Of a stretch of 64,000 nt of DNA, positions 49,606 through 61,634 are shown piece after piece. A program made the position numbers and the translations under genes. The stretch is from Dudresnaya verticillata (lineage: Eukaryota): the NCBI GenBank assembly GCA_977862235.1, contig OZ374562.1, positions 2,604,001 through 2,668,000 on the forward strand, given 5' to 3'. The notes beneath the pieces are model-generated. The model ran no database searches. It was not told the origin of the DNA and worked only from the letters and a program-made list of their open reading frames with translations. Position 1 is the stretch's first letter. Each line of letters opens with the position of its first letter.

Positions 49606-50214
49606 ATGTTCGCCACCTGTAGAACCGCCATCCTCCTCTCCCTCTTCCTCTCCCTCCTGCTCCTACACGCATCCACATCGTCGGCCACCACCACCAGACG
49701 CACCGGCGCGCGGCGCCGTGCTTGCCATGCCCAGCCAAGTCTCATCTGCTCCATCTCCCCCACCGCCGGCAACGCCGTCTCCGGCGTCGTCACCTTCCGC
49801 CCGGTCTTCCGCAAGCGCGTCTGTGCCGTCCGTGTCGCCGCCCACATCACAGGTCTCACCAACAGACGCCACGGCTTCCACATCCACACCTATGGCGACA
49901 TTACCAACTCCACTGGCGCCAGCACGGGCGGCCATTTCACCAACCCGGCCGGCGACGAGATCCGTCATGGGCTCCCCAACGATGCCGTGAGGCACTGGGG
50001 CGACTTTGGCAATCTGGTCGTCCGGAGGGGCGGAGGCGTCGCCAGTTATCGCCGCATTGACAACGTCATCAAGCTCAGAGGCATCGTGGGGCGCGGTATT
50101 ACCATTCATGCCATGCGTGATCAGGGTGCCCCGGCCCAACCCACTGGGGGTTCGGGTGCTAGGGTTGGCTTTTGTGTCATCGGCTTTGCCAATCCCACCA
50201 GTGAGACCTTGTAG
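49606..50214 (+). CDS. Secreted Cu/Zn superoxide dismutase (202 aa)
   Basis: Signal peptide; HGFHIH (H92/H94), GGHF (H110), RHG (H121), RHWGD (H130/D133), GRGITIH (H168), GARVGFCVIG (R186). TATAAA at ~49492. Confidence 0.93.
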   Translation: MFATCRTAILLSLFLSLLLLHASTSSATTTRRTGARRRACHAQPSLICSISPTAGNAVSGVVTFRPVFRKRVCAVRVAAHITGLTNRRHGFHIHTYGDITNSTGASTGGHFTNPAGDEIRHGLPNDAVRHWGDFGNLVVRRGGGVASYRRIDNVIKLRGIVGRGITIHAMRDQGAPAQPTGGSGARVGFCVIGFANPTSETL

Positions 50215-52680
50215 GCGTGTTTTCTCAGCCTATTTTTTTCTTGTTGTGTCAAAGTGAGTCTTTGTGATGTGTTATACTTCATCCCACATTGACACCGCCA
50301 GCTGTTGGTTGTTTGCTTCTTGTACAACATGGCTCTTTTTTCGTCTTCTAATTCTCAACTGATCCACTAAAACCAACCAGATCTACTTCGTTCCGAGGAT
50401 TGCTTCCCGCTCCCCAATCCCAAGACTATCAAATGACCCATTCTATTCTTTCTAATAGTAGCCGATCTTGAAACTTTTAGCTGATCAATGATAGTAATGC
50501 GTTGCTCATTGCTTCAGGTGAGCTTACTCGAGAAGCACAGGTCCATTTACAAGCACACCAGCTCAGTGTACTAGAAGAAAAGAGAGAGAGTCGAGGGTAC
50601 GGCATTAGTGCGATAGACCGGGATAGAGCACTGCAAAAGATATACACACCGATTTGTGTTACAAGAAGAGACATTGTGTCTCTTCGCTCTTTCCCAGGAG
50701 CGAATAATGCAGCACATGACACTGCACGCCATTAATGGAATTCGTTATTGGCGAATGTTTGGCAAGTAACCAGTCCTTTTTCGGAAGATGGGCGGTCCAC
50801 ACGTACTATGGAGATGCACATGGACAACCACGGCTCCCTTTTACCCGATTCCCAACCGCTTCGAGAAAGGCTAACTGCCGTGAAACTAAAAGAGCAAAAT
50901 CGTATACTACGAAAAAGAGAACATTGGAGACACTCAGAGAATTCCCTTTTCTCAAACCGGCGGGAGTCGGGAGACCAAAACTCCGACAGCCCTACCGACA
51001 CAGTACTGGAGTGCAGTTCCTGGACTCCCGATGTTTCTTTGGAAGGCTTTACAAGCTGTATCACAGCTCTCTACATGGCTAATATCAAACCGGGATCAGA
51101 TGAGAAGCCTGGGCTTATCTCTCTAAGAAGGCTTTTCTCAAGCCAGGTCGCAGTTTGGTTCATTGGTAAGAGAGAGAATCGGAGTCTGAACGGTTTGTTA
51201 TCGGCGTCCTGATGGCGTAGCAGTAATGGGCGTAGAAAATAGATAGGGTATGGTATTGAGCGGCGATGCGCCTTGTGACGATGGGCGCTTACACAAAGTA
51301 AAGAGAGTTGAACGCTAAAGCTCCGAGAATGCAACCACGCTCGCACAGGAAATGACGGCAACACCTCGGCGCTTCACTCACGTGTTTCTTGCCCGAGTTC
51401 AGTTTATTGCGCGCCGCAATGGGACGGGGTTGTCAGCGGCCGGCCCACGGCCAGGCCGCTCGGACTCGGGCATCATGCCCCAGAGTTCAGGCTCTCTGTT
51501 CATGCTCGTATTCGGCGAAGCGGCCTTCAGAGATCACCCTAGAAGGTAGTCGGTCTTGTTCTTCGTCCCCAGTAGTCCTCTTCTGACTGACGGTCCCCGG
51601 GACTCCCCCTTGATCAAGAGCCTGATGCATCGCCTTCCACGCTTGTGGCGCATGGGACAGGGTGCCCCTTTCGCTTTACAGTGGTGATTAACGGCTTACC
51701 GTATTCGTCCACACTGTTGACGAGGAGATGAGGTGCTGGGCGTCACAGCCTACAGACGGCGTAGTGCGGAAGTTAAGTCTTGGAGCAGGTGTCGTTCGGG
51801 GTCAGGCTGGAAAGCGCCTTTGCGGTGGGCAGCGAGGGAGGTCATGTTGAACAGGCCAGGGGTATCAAAGAAAGCAGTACCTTCTCTGCCGAAGGTGCCG
51901 AGCACATTAATTCCGAGGCGCTACAGATCCAAATTGGCCACGTTACAGACGGAGCCGTTGGCGAAGGTACAATGGCGATCCAGCACCCTCAAACTGATCC
52001 AGAACTAATTCGAAGGACGACAATTCCCTCGCAAGAACATGGGGACCATTGCCCTGTGGCTCTATCCACAACGTCAGCTTTTGTCGTGTTGCTTGGCTCG
52101 GCCCGACTTGACTCGGCCAGAAAAGCCGGCGCTCAACCAAACGCAAGAGAAACTTTGCTCTGCCGCCGCAGCAAATGCGGGAAGATGAAGGTGTGATACC
52201 GACTAGTTTTCAAGCTGCTCACCGCACCGAAAAAAGCGCAAAAAAGGCCGATGTTTAGCCGCGGGGGCCTCCAGCCCCCGTTCTGCACGCCAGCCCGCGC
52301 CAACGGCTCTTTCTGAGTCTCTCTAGCCGCCGCAGCTATTATGAACGCCCGTCGGCCCGCCCACCGCCCCCGAAGCCGCCACTCCCGCCCAGTGCTATAA
52401 AGCCGAGTACCCCCGCCCATATCGTCGCTCTCTCATCCCTTCCCACCGCATTCACCCCCGCCTCCTGGCCTCCCACCCCGCCCAGCCCCAGCCCCCACGC
52501 TATACCCCGCCCACCCTCCGCAGCCAGAAGGTAAGACAGACTCATCTTTCCGAAGCACCTTGGCGAAAAGCGACCATCACTATGCTAACTGAACCTCCGT
52601 CTGTACTTACTCTCCAAACACATGATCTGTGCATAGCACGCTTGAGCTGTGCCCGGTCGCCGACACAAGGCGCTCATCCA

Positions 52681-53230
52681 ATGGCTCCGACAACGCCGCC
52701 GCCGCCGCCATCGCTCCCATCAGCGATGGTAAGCACCATAAAGAAGGTAAGCAAAAAAATCTCAGCCGCTGTCTTCACCAACCACCAACCCGCATTGTGC
52801 CCTCCTCCAGTCTATCTATTCTTTGTCTGACTTACACCCTGCACTTGCCTTATCAATATCTGGTTTTCTTATCAAGGAACTGGACGACCTGCTCCAAGCG
52901 GAAGAGAAGGCGCAAGGGGAAGAGGCCATGTTGCCAGAGATGCCGAAGCTGCGTGCTAAGCACAATGTGAAATGGGGCATGTCCCCTTCAGGGCTGCATC
53001 CCACTAAATTTTGCTCCTGCGATAGCGAAATTGGTGAGTCTGCTGTCCGATCCAGTGCGAATCGTGGTTGGGGGAAACTTACTTGTCGACACATTCAAAC
53101 CAATCGTTGCACGCACTATATCTGCGAGGAGTGCGTCTATATGAACTGTCCGCAGAATCTGATCCTTGTCGGAAAAGTGCAGGATACTTGGGAATGCTCG
53201 GAGTGTCGAGCTAACGAGCAAATGTTATGA
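52681..53230 (+). CDS. Spliced gene for a small PHD/ADD-like zinc-finger protein (exons 52681-52746 and 52877-53230)
   Basis: TATAAA at 52396; 5'-UTR intron 52531-52636 (GTAAGA..GCTAAC..TAG); phase-0 intron GTAAGC..CTGAC..AAG. Exon 2 encodes CSC...C-x7-CTHYICEEC...WECSEC. Confidence 0.65.
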
Positions 53231-56200
53231 GGATTGTAATTTCCCGCCTTCATTCGGCTGAGCCTCTCAGATTCTTTCAAGTTAGCTCCGCTCTTGTTTT
53301 CAGTTGTGGCTCCAGCTTTCGCGCTACCCACCTCGCTATCTCTCACCTTGAAGAATCGCAGGACTGCCGCATATCGGATTTTCTAGATGTGACGCCATCG
53401 CGTGTGCCAAGGACATTCGCTTGAACTTCTTCTTAATGCCATGCGATTCGTCAAGTTCAACTGCCCCAAGTTCGACGGTGCGATTCCAGTTCGCTGCCAG
53501 TTTGGGCAGTTTCCTTTCCATGAATTCTTTGCAAGCTTTTCGATGCTTTGTATCATTGACTGCCCCTAAGACACGGACAGTTCTACTGTACATGGATGAG
53601 ACAAGAGCCGAACTGCCAAGATCAGAAAGCTTCGCGGCGCGATCCCAGAGAAGGGAATTCAGCAGTGTTCACCAAGAATGAAAGGTAGTTCGGGCCGTCG
53701 AAGTCGGAGCAATGTGGCCGCGGAGTCCCTTCCACCAAGTGCAGTCAGCAGCGACAGTTTTAAGTGATGTTTGATTTTTATGTTTGCTTAACGTGCCTTG
53801 TGCGAGCAACGAAGACTCATATATGTGCCCATAGGCAAGCACTCAGTCACCGGGGGAAGTTTTCTTGCTTGCGGGTAGCTGCTCATGGGGACGGGTGGGT
53901 TTGTTTCTGGATAATAGGAAGGGGAAACGCTTGTCTGTAGACACCCCGGATAGATGCGATGGCATAGGTGACGGCTAGGAGGTCAGCATTGCATGGATGT
54001 TGGACCGAGAGCACGTGGAGGGATTGAGCGAGAAACAGAACATTGAGCCGGGCCAAAAGTGTCTCTTGCTCGCTGCTCTAATTTACCGGAAAGGGATGCT
54101 TTCTAATTTACCGGTTTCGAATACACTGATTGAATAGCTCCGCGCTCCTGGCATTCGAGAATGGATGCAGTTAACGCTTGTTTCGTGGAGTGCGTCGTTG
54201 CACGCCTCAGAACGTCTTCCATTAGAATCACCAGAACAGGCAATAAACGTATACCGCTAGCATGTCACTCCTGTCTCATTGTCGTACAAAAACAACGGCT
54301 TGTGTTCCAATTGCATTTGATTTCTTGCACGATTCCTCCAGACACGACCATCCATCTCTTTCTCTAGACCTCGGCGAATCTGTCAGCAGAGTTGTTGGCC
54401 GCGAAGTTTTCTTCTGCACTCATTTTAGCGCTCCACAAAAACTCGAACTTTGAGCAACTCTCAGTAAAATCAAGCAACACTGCCAAGCTGCTGTTTCACG
54501 CACACTTGGAAATAGAATCAATGAGAGGAATACGCTCAAGGAAAAGCACGACATCACCACAACCGTTCTTTTCGGAAAGAAGACGTCTAATGAGTGCGGT
54601 GTGCAGACCGAAACTTCAGAGTGCTTGGTAGGACCAAGTTCTTTGTATTGAACAAACCGATCGGAAGGAAAGTCTGTCTGACAAACTTGACTTCTATTCT
54701 GGACTCAGTCTACCAGGATAGGCCGACTTCTGACCCGTAGGCGATAAATCCAATTACAAGACTCTTTCCGAAAGCAAGGGAGCGGCATGAGCGTTATGCT
54801 TTTTTCCGCGGCGAAGTAATAAAGCAATTTGCACCCATATACCAAGTGCTACGTTTACTTCTCTCGAGAAATAGGGGGCAACATCTGCAAAGCGACTTCA
54901 GTCTGGCTGCCTTCTTTAGCGCCTAATTTGAAGTTTCTCTGCCTCCTCTTTCCTTTTCGTTCCACCGCACTCCGGTAATATTCCGGTACGCTGAAAACTG
55001 CAAAGGGTTCTTGAAATTAATTGTAAATGCCCCTCTGGACCTCGCCTTCGCAGACGACCTTTCGGCGCGCTCCACTTCGAAACTGGAATGCAAAGTGCTG
55101 CAAATTACGTCACACATGGCGTATGCGAGAAAGTTTAGCTTCTCTTTTCCCCTGCAGCAGAACTTTTGCAGTGTGCTAAGCGGGAGGCTCTATGGCCCTA
55201 AAGAGTTAGGGGTTAGAACTAGCCGATTTAGGTAAAGCTCTAAACAGCAATGTTGAAACCCAATCAATGCCCGCGCAGGACGTCTTTTCCCTCTTTTTTC
55301 GCTTCTCGTTAGCTGCAAGGCCACTATAATCCATTTTGTAAACTGCTTTTCTTTCGGTACTGACCCTGGGTAGCACCTGTGTACTTCTACAGCTCTTGCT
55401 TGCACTAATATGGCTCGAACTGTCTAAATGACTAGTATCCTGCCCAATGTAAGTGCTTGCAACAACTCTTCTGCACCGTACTTGAACCCACTCCTGTTTT
55501 CTTCTCGTCCCCAAAATGAAATCTGAAGTAGTGCACAGTAATGTTAATGTAGTCAACTACAGAAGCATTTTTATGATTTCTCGAAAATACTCACGACATG
55601 CGTCGCAATCGGTACAAAGGACAACAACAGAAGGACAGTAACGTGAATGACAACATCAGGTAATCGTTGACTATTTTATCTGTACCGCTAACCACCATGG
55701 AGGGATCCCCGGAACCGCACAGTGGTCGTCGTAGCCGATATTTGTATTTATGTACGCAGAATATTTACCTCTCGAGCAGCATGTCAGCTTTCCGCAGTCA
55801 CTGCGACCTTCACAGCCTCCAATGTTAGCGGCTTTCATAATTATAACTCATCAGTCGCTCTCCTCCTCGCTCATGAAAAAGAAAATATCGTCTCGTATAC
55901 TCATGCATGAAGAAGGTCAAGAATAAATTTCCAAGTAAAAAGCCCCGTATACTGAAAATAGGTTGCGATAACTTTTCTCCTCGACAAAGAAGCCGAAGGT
56001 TCGTGAAGTACTTTGAGTGAAAAAAAAAACTATTTTCGAATTCAGAGTGGTCGCTAGCGAGTTTGGTTTTGTCTGCGGCGCAATGGAGCTCGATTTTCAC
56101 ACTTCAACCTTCGACTACCTTGCAAAGTGCATTACCGAGACGCTGCCCGTTTATCCACTGCGGCAACATACATTGCGCGATCGCAGTTAAAGTATGTTGG

Positions 56201-56700
56201 CTTTGGTGGCTTCGAAGTTCCTGTTATTGCCTAACATGCCACTGGCTTTCGATGGAAACCATGTCTATGATCATAATGTGTGGAGAGTTTGTGGCTTTTT
56301 TGGGAGTTCCTGGCTGTGGAGGTCCGCCGAGAAATGTGAAAACGCACTAGACTCATAGTCTGAGATATTTACTGCGCTAGAGCTGGGATGTAACAAGTCT
56401 TGCGATTATGTTACGTTGAATGTTCCAACCAGCGATGCTGGCGAGAGAGAGTTTGATATACTGTATTTACTGGGATCCTGGGGATGGCAGAAAGCGCTTT
56501 TGGGTCGGAATGTGGTATACTAAATCGCAGTGTCGTTATCTGCGGGTTCAATGGTCGAACCCACTCGAGCGTTGCGCCCAGTAGCTTGGGCACCATGTCG
56601 CAGTCGGCATCACTCGATGCGGGCCGAATGACCCACGGTCTCGGACTGGCACCAACGCTGTCGTGGTTGTGGCTCGTGTCGCACAGCCTCTCCAGCAGAC

Positions 56701-57357
56701 TTACTGACCCCACCCTCGCGCAAGGACATACCACCGTGAGGTAGAGTGGTTTTGTGAAAAGAAGCGGCCCCTGAAGGAGACTGGCCTCAGGAGGTGTTGG
56801 AAACTGCCGATGACGGCTGCGGCCGCGGAACATTTGAGACTGACGCTGGGTAGATATGTTGAGAGCGACTGGAAAAGCCGCAACGCTAGATCGCGAACGT
56901 CGCGGTGGAGTATACGAATCGCGGTATTTGACCCTACACAGCGGGAGAGAGTCCATTGGAACAGTTCCCCCACACGAGACCCAAGATTTGTCGAGAGCTC
57001 CTGAAGTTCGCTGCGCGTGGCGCGGTCGAGCTTTTTGCGCAACTCTGCGACGTAGCGCAGACTCCGTTCCGCAGATCCTGGCGAGGGAAGCGATGTGTCA
57101 GAAAGGAGGGACCACCTCATGCGGTAGAGTACTCGGTCCCTTTCCATTGCTACTCGCGCTGCAGTGAATTGATTCCAGACGGTGGCAAAGTCATCGTCCA
57201 GCGGCGACTCCATGCAGTCAGGATCAATGCTGGAATCGGCGAGCACTGCAGTTTAGTCAGCCTCCCACTCACACTCATAGTCAGAACAGAGCTCGTCGAG
57301 GTCGTCGAGATGGGATATGGTTGAGAACGGGCCGAAGCTCTGAGCCCAATCTAGCAT
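56701..57357 (-). pseudogene. Hypothetical gene or pseudogene with an in-frame stop, or a 27-nt intron, near its 5' end
   Basis: accgccATG at 57357; acidic N-terminus; in-frame TAA lies inside gtgagt..ctgac..ctgcag (57246-57272); ~180 open codons follow; no family recognised. Confidence 0.3.
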
Positions 57358-58199
57358 GGCGGTTTTATTAGTGCCACCTCTCATTTACTTAGTATGAGCC
57401 GTTGTAAATAGCAAGAATCTGAATGGGCTACAATCTTCCCGTACGCCGCCGAGCGGCGCAGATTAAATTGACTTGTACTTAAACATTTCTGCAGCTGTGC
57501 AGCTCTCGTTTCTCCTAATCGGAACTTAAGCTCGCTCGGCTTCGACGAGGGACTCTTCCCATCGACGTACTCGTTGTTTTGCTTCCTAGCAATATTCCTT
57601 ACGTGAAGGCGCCTGTAGCTTCAAAACCTGTTCGAGAAGGCTACTCTCCTCTTCGTCGGTAAATAACATCTCCGCTGTGTCCTTGTGAGAATATGGTCTG
57701 CACACGGAAATGCTGAAGCGAGCCTACTCTTTTGTACCAGCCGCTGGCTACAAAATATAGTGTGGCCAATACCAAGTCGCGTAAACGTGTAGACGTAGAA
57801 AATGTTCAGCTGCTGCGATTTTGCTTCCTTGTGCGCTGTGCCCACAACACATTTCTTAGAGAGTTTCAAGAGTTGCAAACGTCGCAACTGCCATACTACT
57901 GAGGTAGTATGGGAAACCAAAGCACGCTACTACGGTGGGTAATGCTAAGCCTGACAAAGAAACTATTTATTCTACTTAAAGAGTTCGTGTTGGTTTATTG
58001 ATGAGAGAAAAGACATCTGCTTGAGGGGAGGACACCAACTTCTAGACGAACTAAAACAAAAAACAATGATCAAAAGCAACAACATAACAAATAAATATAG
58101 AGTGACAATAGGAAAGACACAGAGAAATAAACAGGTGAAAGGAGTAGCACAGAGGGCATTGGGTTTAGAAGACCCTGGCGCGGCTGTCGCTTGCGCAAC

Positions 58200-59330
58200 G
58201 GGATGCTAATCATAAGTGTTGGGTAGCAGACGTTCAAACCAGTACGTTCGGCCAAAGTGATACAAGCTGCCTCGGACCTGTCACTGCTCGCTACTCCCCA
58301 TTTTGACCTTTCACAGGAACATACACACAATGCACACGGGGCAAACATAGTTGTGCTGAAGCAGGGGCCAGGAAAGGAATATGGAAGCAATTGCAAAACA
58401 TATAGTCTCTTGACCTGTCTACACGTGAGGCGTTGTAGTTCACTGGGCCGATAAAGGGGTCTGAGAGCCTGAAGAAGTCTGGAAATCTGCTACAATAGTC
58501 AAAGGTTCCGCAGTTATTAGGACAGCGACCATTTGCTTTTTCTTCCACCTGCCGCTACTGAACGATTGTCTGACTGCTTAACGGTCATCCTTGTGTTTAC
58601 CTGAAACGGGGCCCCATGCATTTCTATATTGACCAAAGGTGCTGTCCTCGTGGCCCCGTTGTCCACTACCGGGCATATCCGAGCAGTCAGTCGTGTTGGT
58701 CCCGTCTTCTATCTCATTCTCTGTACCTCAGATTCCCTCTCGCCTGGGCCTGTTCCAGACATACAAGCGCAGTTTGCGCGCGCCTTCTCGTTCGGTATAT
58801 GCCGCGGATGTACTTAAACCACCATCAGGAAGCTGTCGAATTACTCCAGCGCAGGATACACGCAAACCGAAGGCATAAAGTCGGCCCTATAAGCGCAAGT
58901 GCCCTTATAAAAGAAACAATAGTCCCTGAAGACGGGGCATTTCCAGCAGTACCTCTTTCTTCCGGCCCACAGGCGTGCACGTGCGCAGTGTTCTTTTCGC
59001 TGGCCCTGAGCTTTGCAATCTCCTTCGTCTCGCCCATTCCGATGATGAGCGCGTGCAGGAGGAAGCTGCAACCCCTGCAACAGCTGTAGCCCGCGCTGCC
59101 ACCCGGAAGCTCGCATGACGCCAGTCCGCACAGCGACTTGTACCGGCGGCACTGGCGCTTCGCAATTCTTCTTCTTCACGTACACGCCTTGGACCGCAGG
59201 GATTGGCACGTGGACGGGGCGGCAAAGTCCGACGGCTTCCATTTTCGGGCTGTTTTGGAGTGCGTGCTGGTCTGCGCTTCTGTTGATGACACCAGGACCA
59301 GGGCAAGGAGAAACGCCCGGGAGAAGGGTT
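58200..59330 (-). pseudogene. Decayed secreted cysteine-rich protein gene
   Basis: Signal-like FSRAFLLALVLVSSTEA, then Cys-rich segments in shifting frames with stops (CQSLRSKACT*..QCRRYKSLCGLASC..YSCC; YCWKCPVFRDYCFFYKGTC; RCPNNCGTFDYC..FCNC). Confidence 0.45.
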
Positions 59331-59757
59331 AGTACTTGTTTTGTGTGGTGATTTTCTCAGAGGGTGGGTTGCGCAGCTGGTGCACTTTGGGTATCTTTCT
59401 AGAAAGCTGTCAACGACGCCCGACGCCATTCTGTAAAGCCCCTTTCATCTGCTTTGGAAAAGGTCCCCTGTCTCCTCTGTCCGTACCGTTGCAGGAAATG
59501 CGCAGAAGCCGACTCTCGCCAACTTCCCAATGCGCCACTAATTCACAAGCCCAAGTATCAGGTCCCAGTCTGTTGCGTCCATTATGAATTCCTAGCGCAT
59601 CGCCCTCACCATTCACGCCTGTAGTACACGCCCAAACTCAACAAACACACACCAAACGCTCCCGCACCGAAACCCATCTTACCTTCTCTCGCATGGTCAA
59701 CTCGCGGCCACCTTATGCTCTGTCTCAGCGCACTGCAATAGACACCCTCCCCACCAA

Positions 59758-61044
59758 ATGGCTGTAGCAGCCCTGCTCCAAGCTCTGCGCAACAGCAAGC
59801 CGACCCAGTTTGCCAAGACAGCCCTAATCATTTTCCTCCCTTTGTCCTGTTTAGCACTCCTCCCTACACAGCCACCAGTCACAAGGGGGAGGCATCATGT
59901 CCTCATGTTTTCTGACAGAGGTGTGTCGCATTTGACCGTTCGCGCCTTGCAAGCAAGTGGCTTTCTTGTTTCAGTCCGAACCCATCGTCTCCGCCCGCGC
60001 GGATTGGACCCTCGCTGGGAGAAGGTCTTTCAGTTGAGAGAGGCTCTTTCAGCTTCAAGTACAATCTCTACAATTACCTGGCTGGATGATGACCTTATGC
60101 CAGATATGCATTGGCTGCGTCGCGCCATCACTTCCAAGCTCTACTACCCGGTCTTTGCTGGATTTGAATACGGGAAACAAAAGCATAAGATCATGTCCAA
60201 TCTGCTTGTTTTCCAGAACAAGCCCGAGTCTTTGGATTTCGTCAACCGATGGGCAGATACTCATCCTCGCTACGTCAACAAGACCACCGGAATACAGGAC
60301 CAAGACGCTATCAATGAGATTGCTACATGCCATCAAGGAGGAGTAATGTGTATGACGCACAGCTTTGCCATGATGCACACGGGTGGCGCAAGCAGCAAAA
60401 GAGTGGCCGTTCTGGACCGGGGTGCTCGCGACTACCTCTGGAATTTCCATAATGTCTTGCCGAAACTCTTCCTCTGGACTGTTTTCGCGGTACTGGCATT
60501 GCGCGCAGCCGCAACGCACGACACTGGCTGTGCCTCTGTGGTAGGACTTTTGTACAAGGGATGTACGGAGGCAGTATTGCATGTGAATACCATTTTGATT
60601 CTCATGGCTCTAGTTTGCCTCGGACTGGAAAGCATCCTGTCCATCAACGTGATCGGGACCGAGCCGTTTCTGTTCTGTCCAAAGGCCTCACAGGTCAAGA
60701 GGATTGGAGAGAGCTCGCTCTCACTTGGCGGGCGTTGGTTAAAATCTCATGGTGCTCTTGTGTATGCAGATTGGCTGAACAGACAGGAGCTTTTATGCTT
60801 ACGGGGGCGAATGGGGTGGTTGTGGTGGCCATGGGTGATTTGGGCAATGGAACGGAAGAAGATGCTGTGGCGGTACGCAGCATCGGCAGGGTGTGTTGCC
60901 ATGGGTGCTTTTGTTGGGTGCGTTGTTAGGAGCGGGCGGTCTGCTATTGTTCCTGCGTGGGGTGAGGGAAAGGAGAGGCGATATGGTATTTCGAAAAAGG
61001 GGTACAACTTGCAAAAAGGTTTCTTTCAAGACGGACGTAAATGA
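59758..61044 (+). CDS. Putative GT-A glycosyltransferase (GT34/GT77-like) with C-terminal transmembrane segments (428 aa)
   Basis: N-terminal hydrophobic anchor; WEKV..L, TWLDDD (DxD), SNLLVFQN....DFVNRW, QDQDAIN motifs; three to four hydrophobic stretches in the C-terminal half. Confidence 0.7.
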   Translation: MAVAALLQALRNSKPTQFAKTALIIFLPLSCLALLPTQPPVTRGRHHVLMFSDRGVSHLTVRALQASGFLVSVRTHRLRPRGLDPRWEKVFQLREALSASSTISTITWLDDDLMPDMHWLRRAITSKLYYPVFAGFEYGKQKHKIMSNLLVFQNKPESLDFVNRWADTHPRYVNKTTGIQDQDAINEIATCHQGGVMCMTHSFAMMHTGGASSKRVAVLDRGARDYLWNFHNVLPKLFLWTVFAVLALRAAATHDTGCASVVGLLYKGCTEAVLHVNTILILMALVCLGLESILSINVIGTEPFLFCPKASQVKRIGESSLSLGGRWLKSHGALVYADWLNRQELLCLRGRMGWLWWPWVIWAMERKKMLWRYAASAGCVAMGAFVGCVVRSGRSAIVPAWGEGKERRYGISKKGYNLQKGFFQDGRK

Positions 61045-61634
61045 CAGCTCACGCTATTTTCGTCGGCGGGTGCGACCTTTTGCGACCTTTTTTTATTACC
61101 TTGGAGCAATTTGGCAGCCTTTCACAACCGTAACCGTCCGGCTCATCCGCGCCACACCCTGCCACACTTACCACGCTTCCTGTCAAATGGTGAAGCCTGC
61201 TCAATAACGCTACGGTCAAGTTGTACGCCCTGCCGTAGCGCGCTGTGGCACGCACGATAGCGTGCCTTTTGGGATTTTCCCCCTAGAAGGAGAAAGTGTT
61301 TCTAAGCTATCGTAGTAATTTATTTCTACTTCGGCTAGTGATGCTACTACCGCGATAGTGTCAATATTCAATGTTTGATAGGCCTGTACAGCCGTATACG
61401 TATGTACAACCGGCTAACCTGTGTTGTAGCGTATAATTAAGAGAGAGCACAACCTTTATTATAATCTAAAAAGCAACCCTGGGAAAGGGTCTAACTACCA
61501 GGACACATTGCAGGAGGAGGGGAGAGGTTGCGGCAATTCACGCTAACTGCAACACATTGAAGAACGAGCGTAGTAAGAGACGCTAAGAGAGCAAGCTTCT
61601 CAGCGATGGGGGAGGTCCCCTTCTTGACAGCAAT

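Noticed and set aside
50748..52100. 154-aa ORF and neighbouring broken frames
   Set aside because: No motifs, evident codon bias or promoter signals; probably decayed TE or pseudogene sequence.
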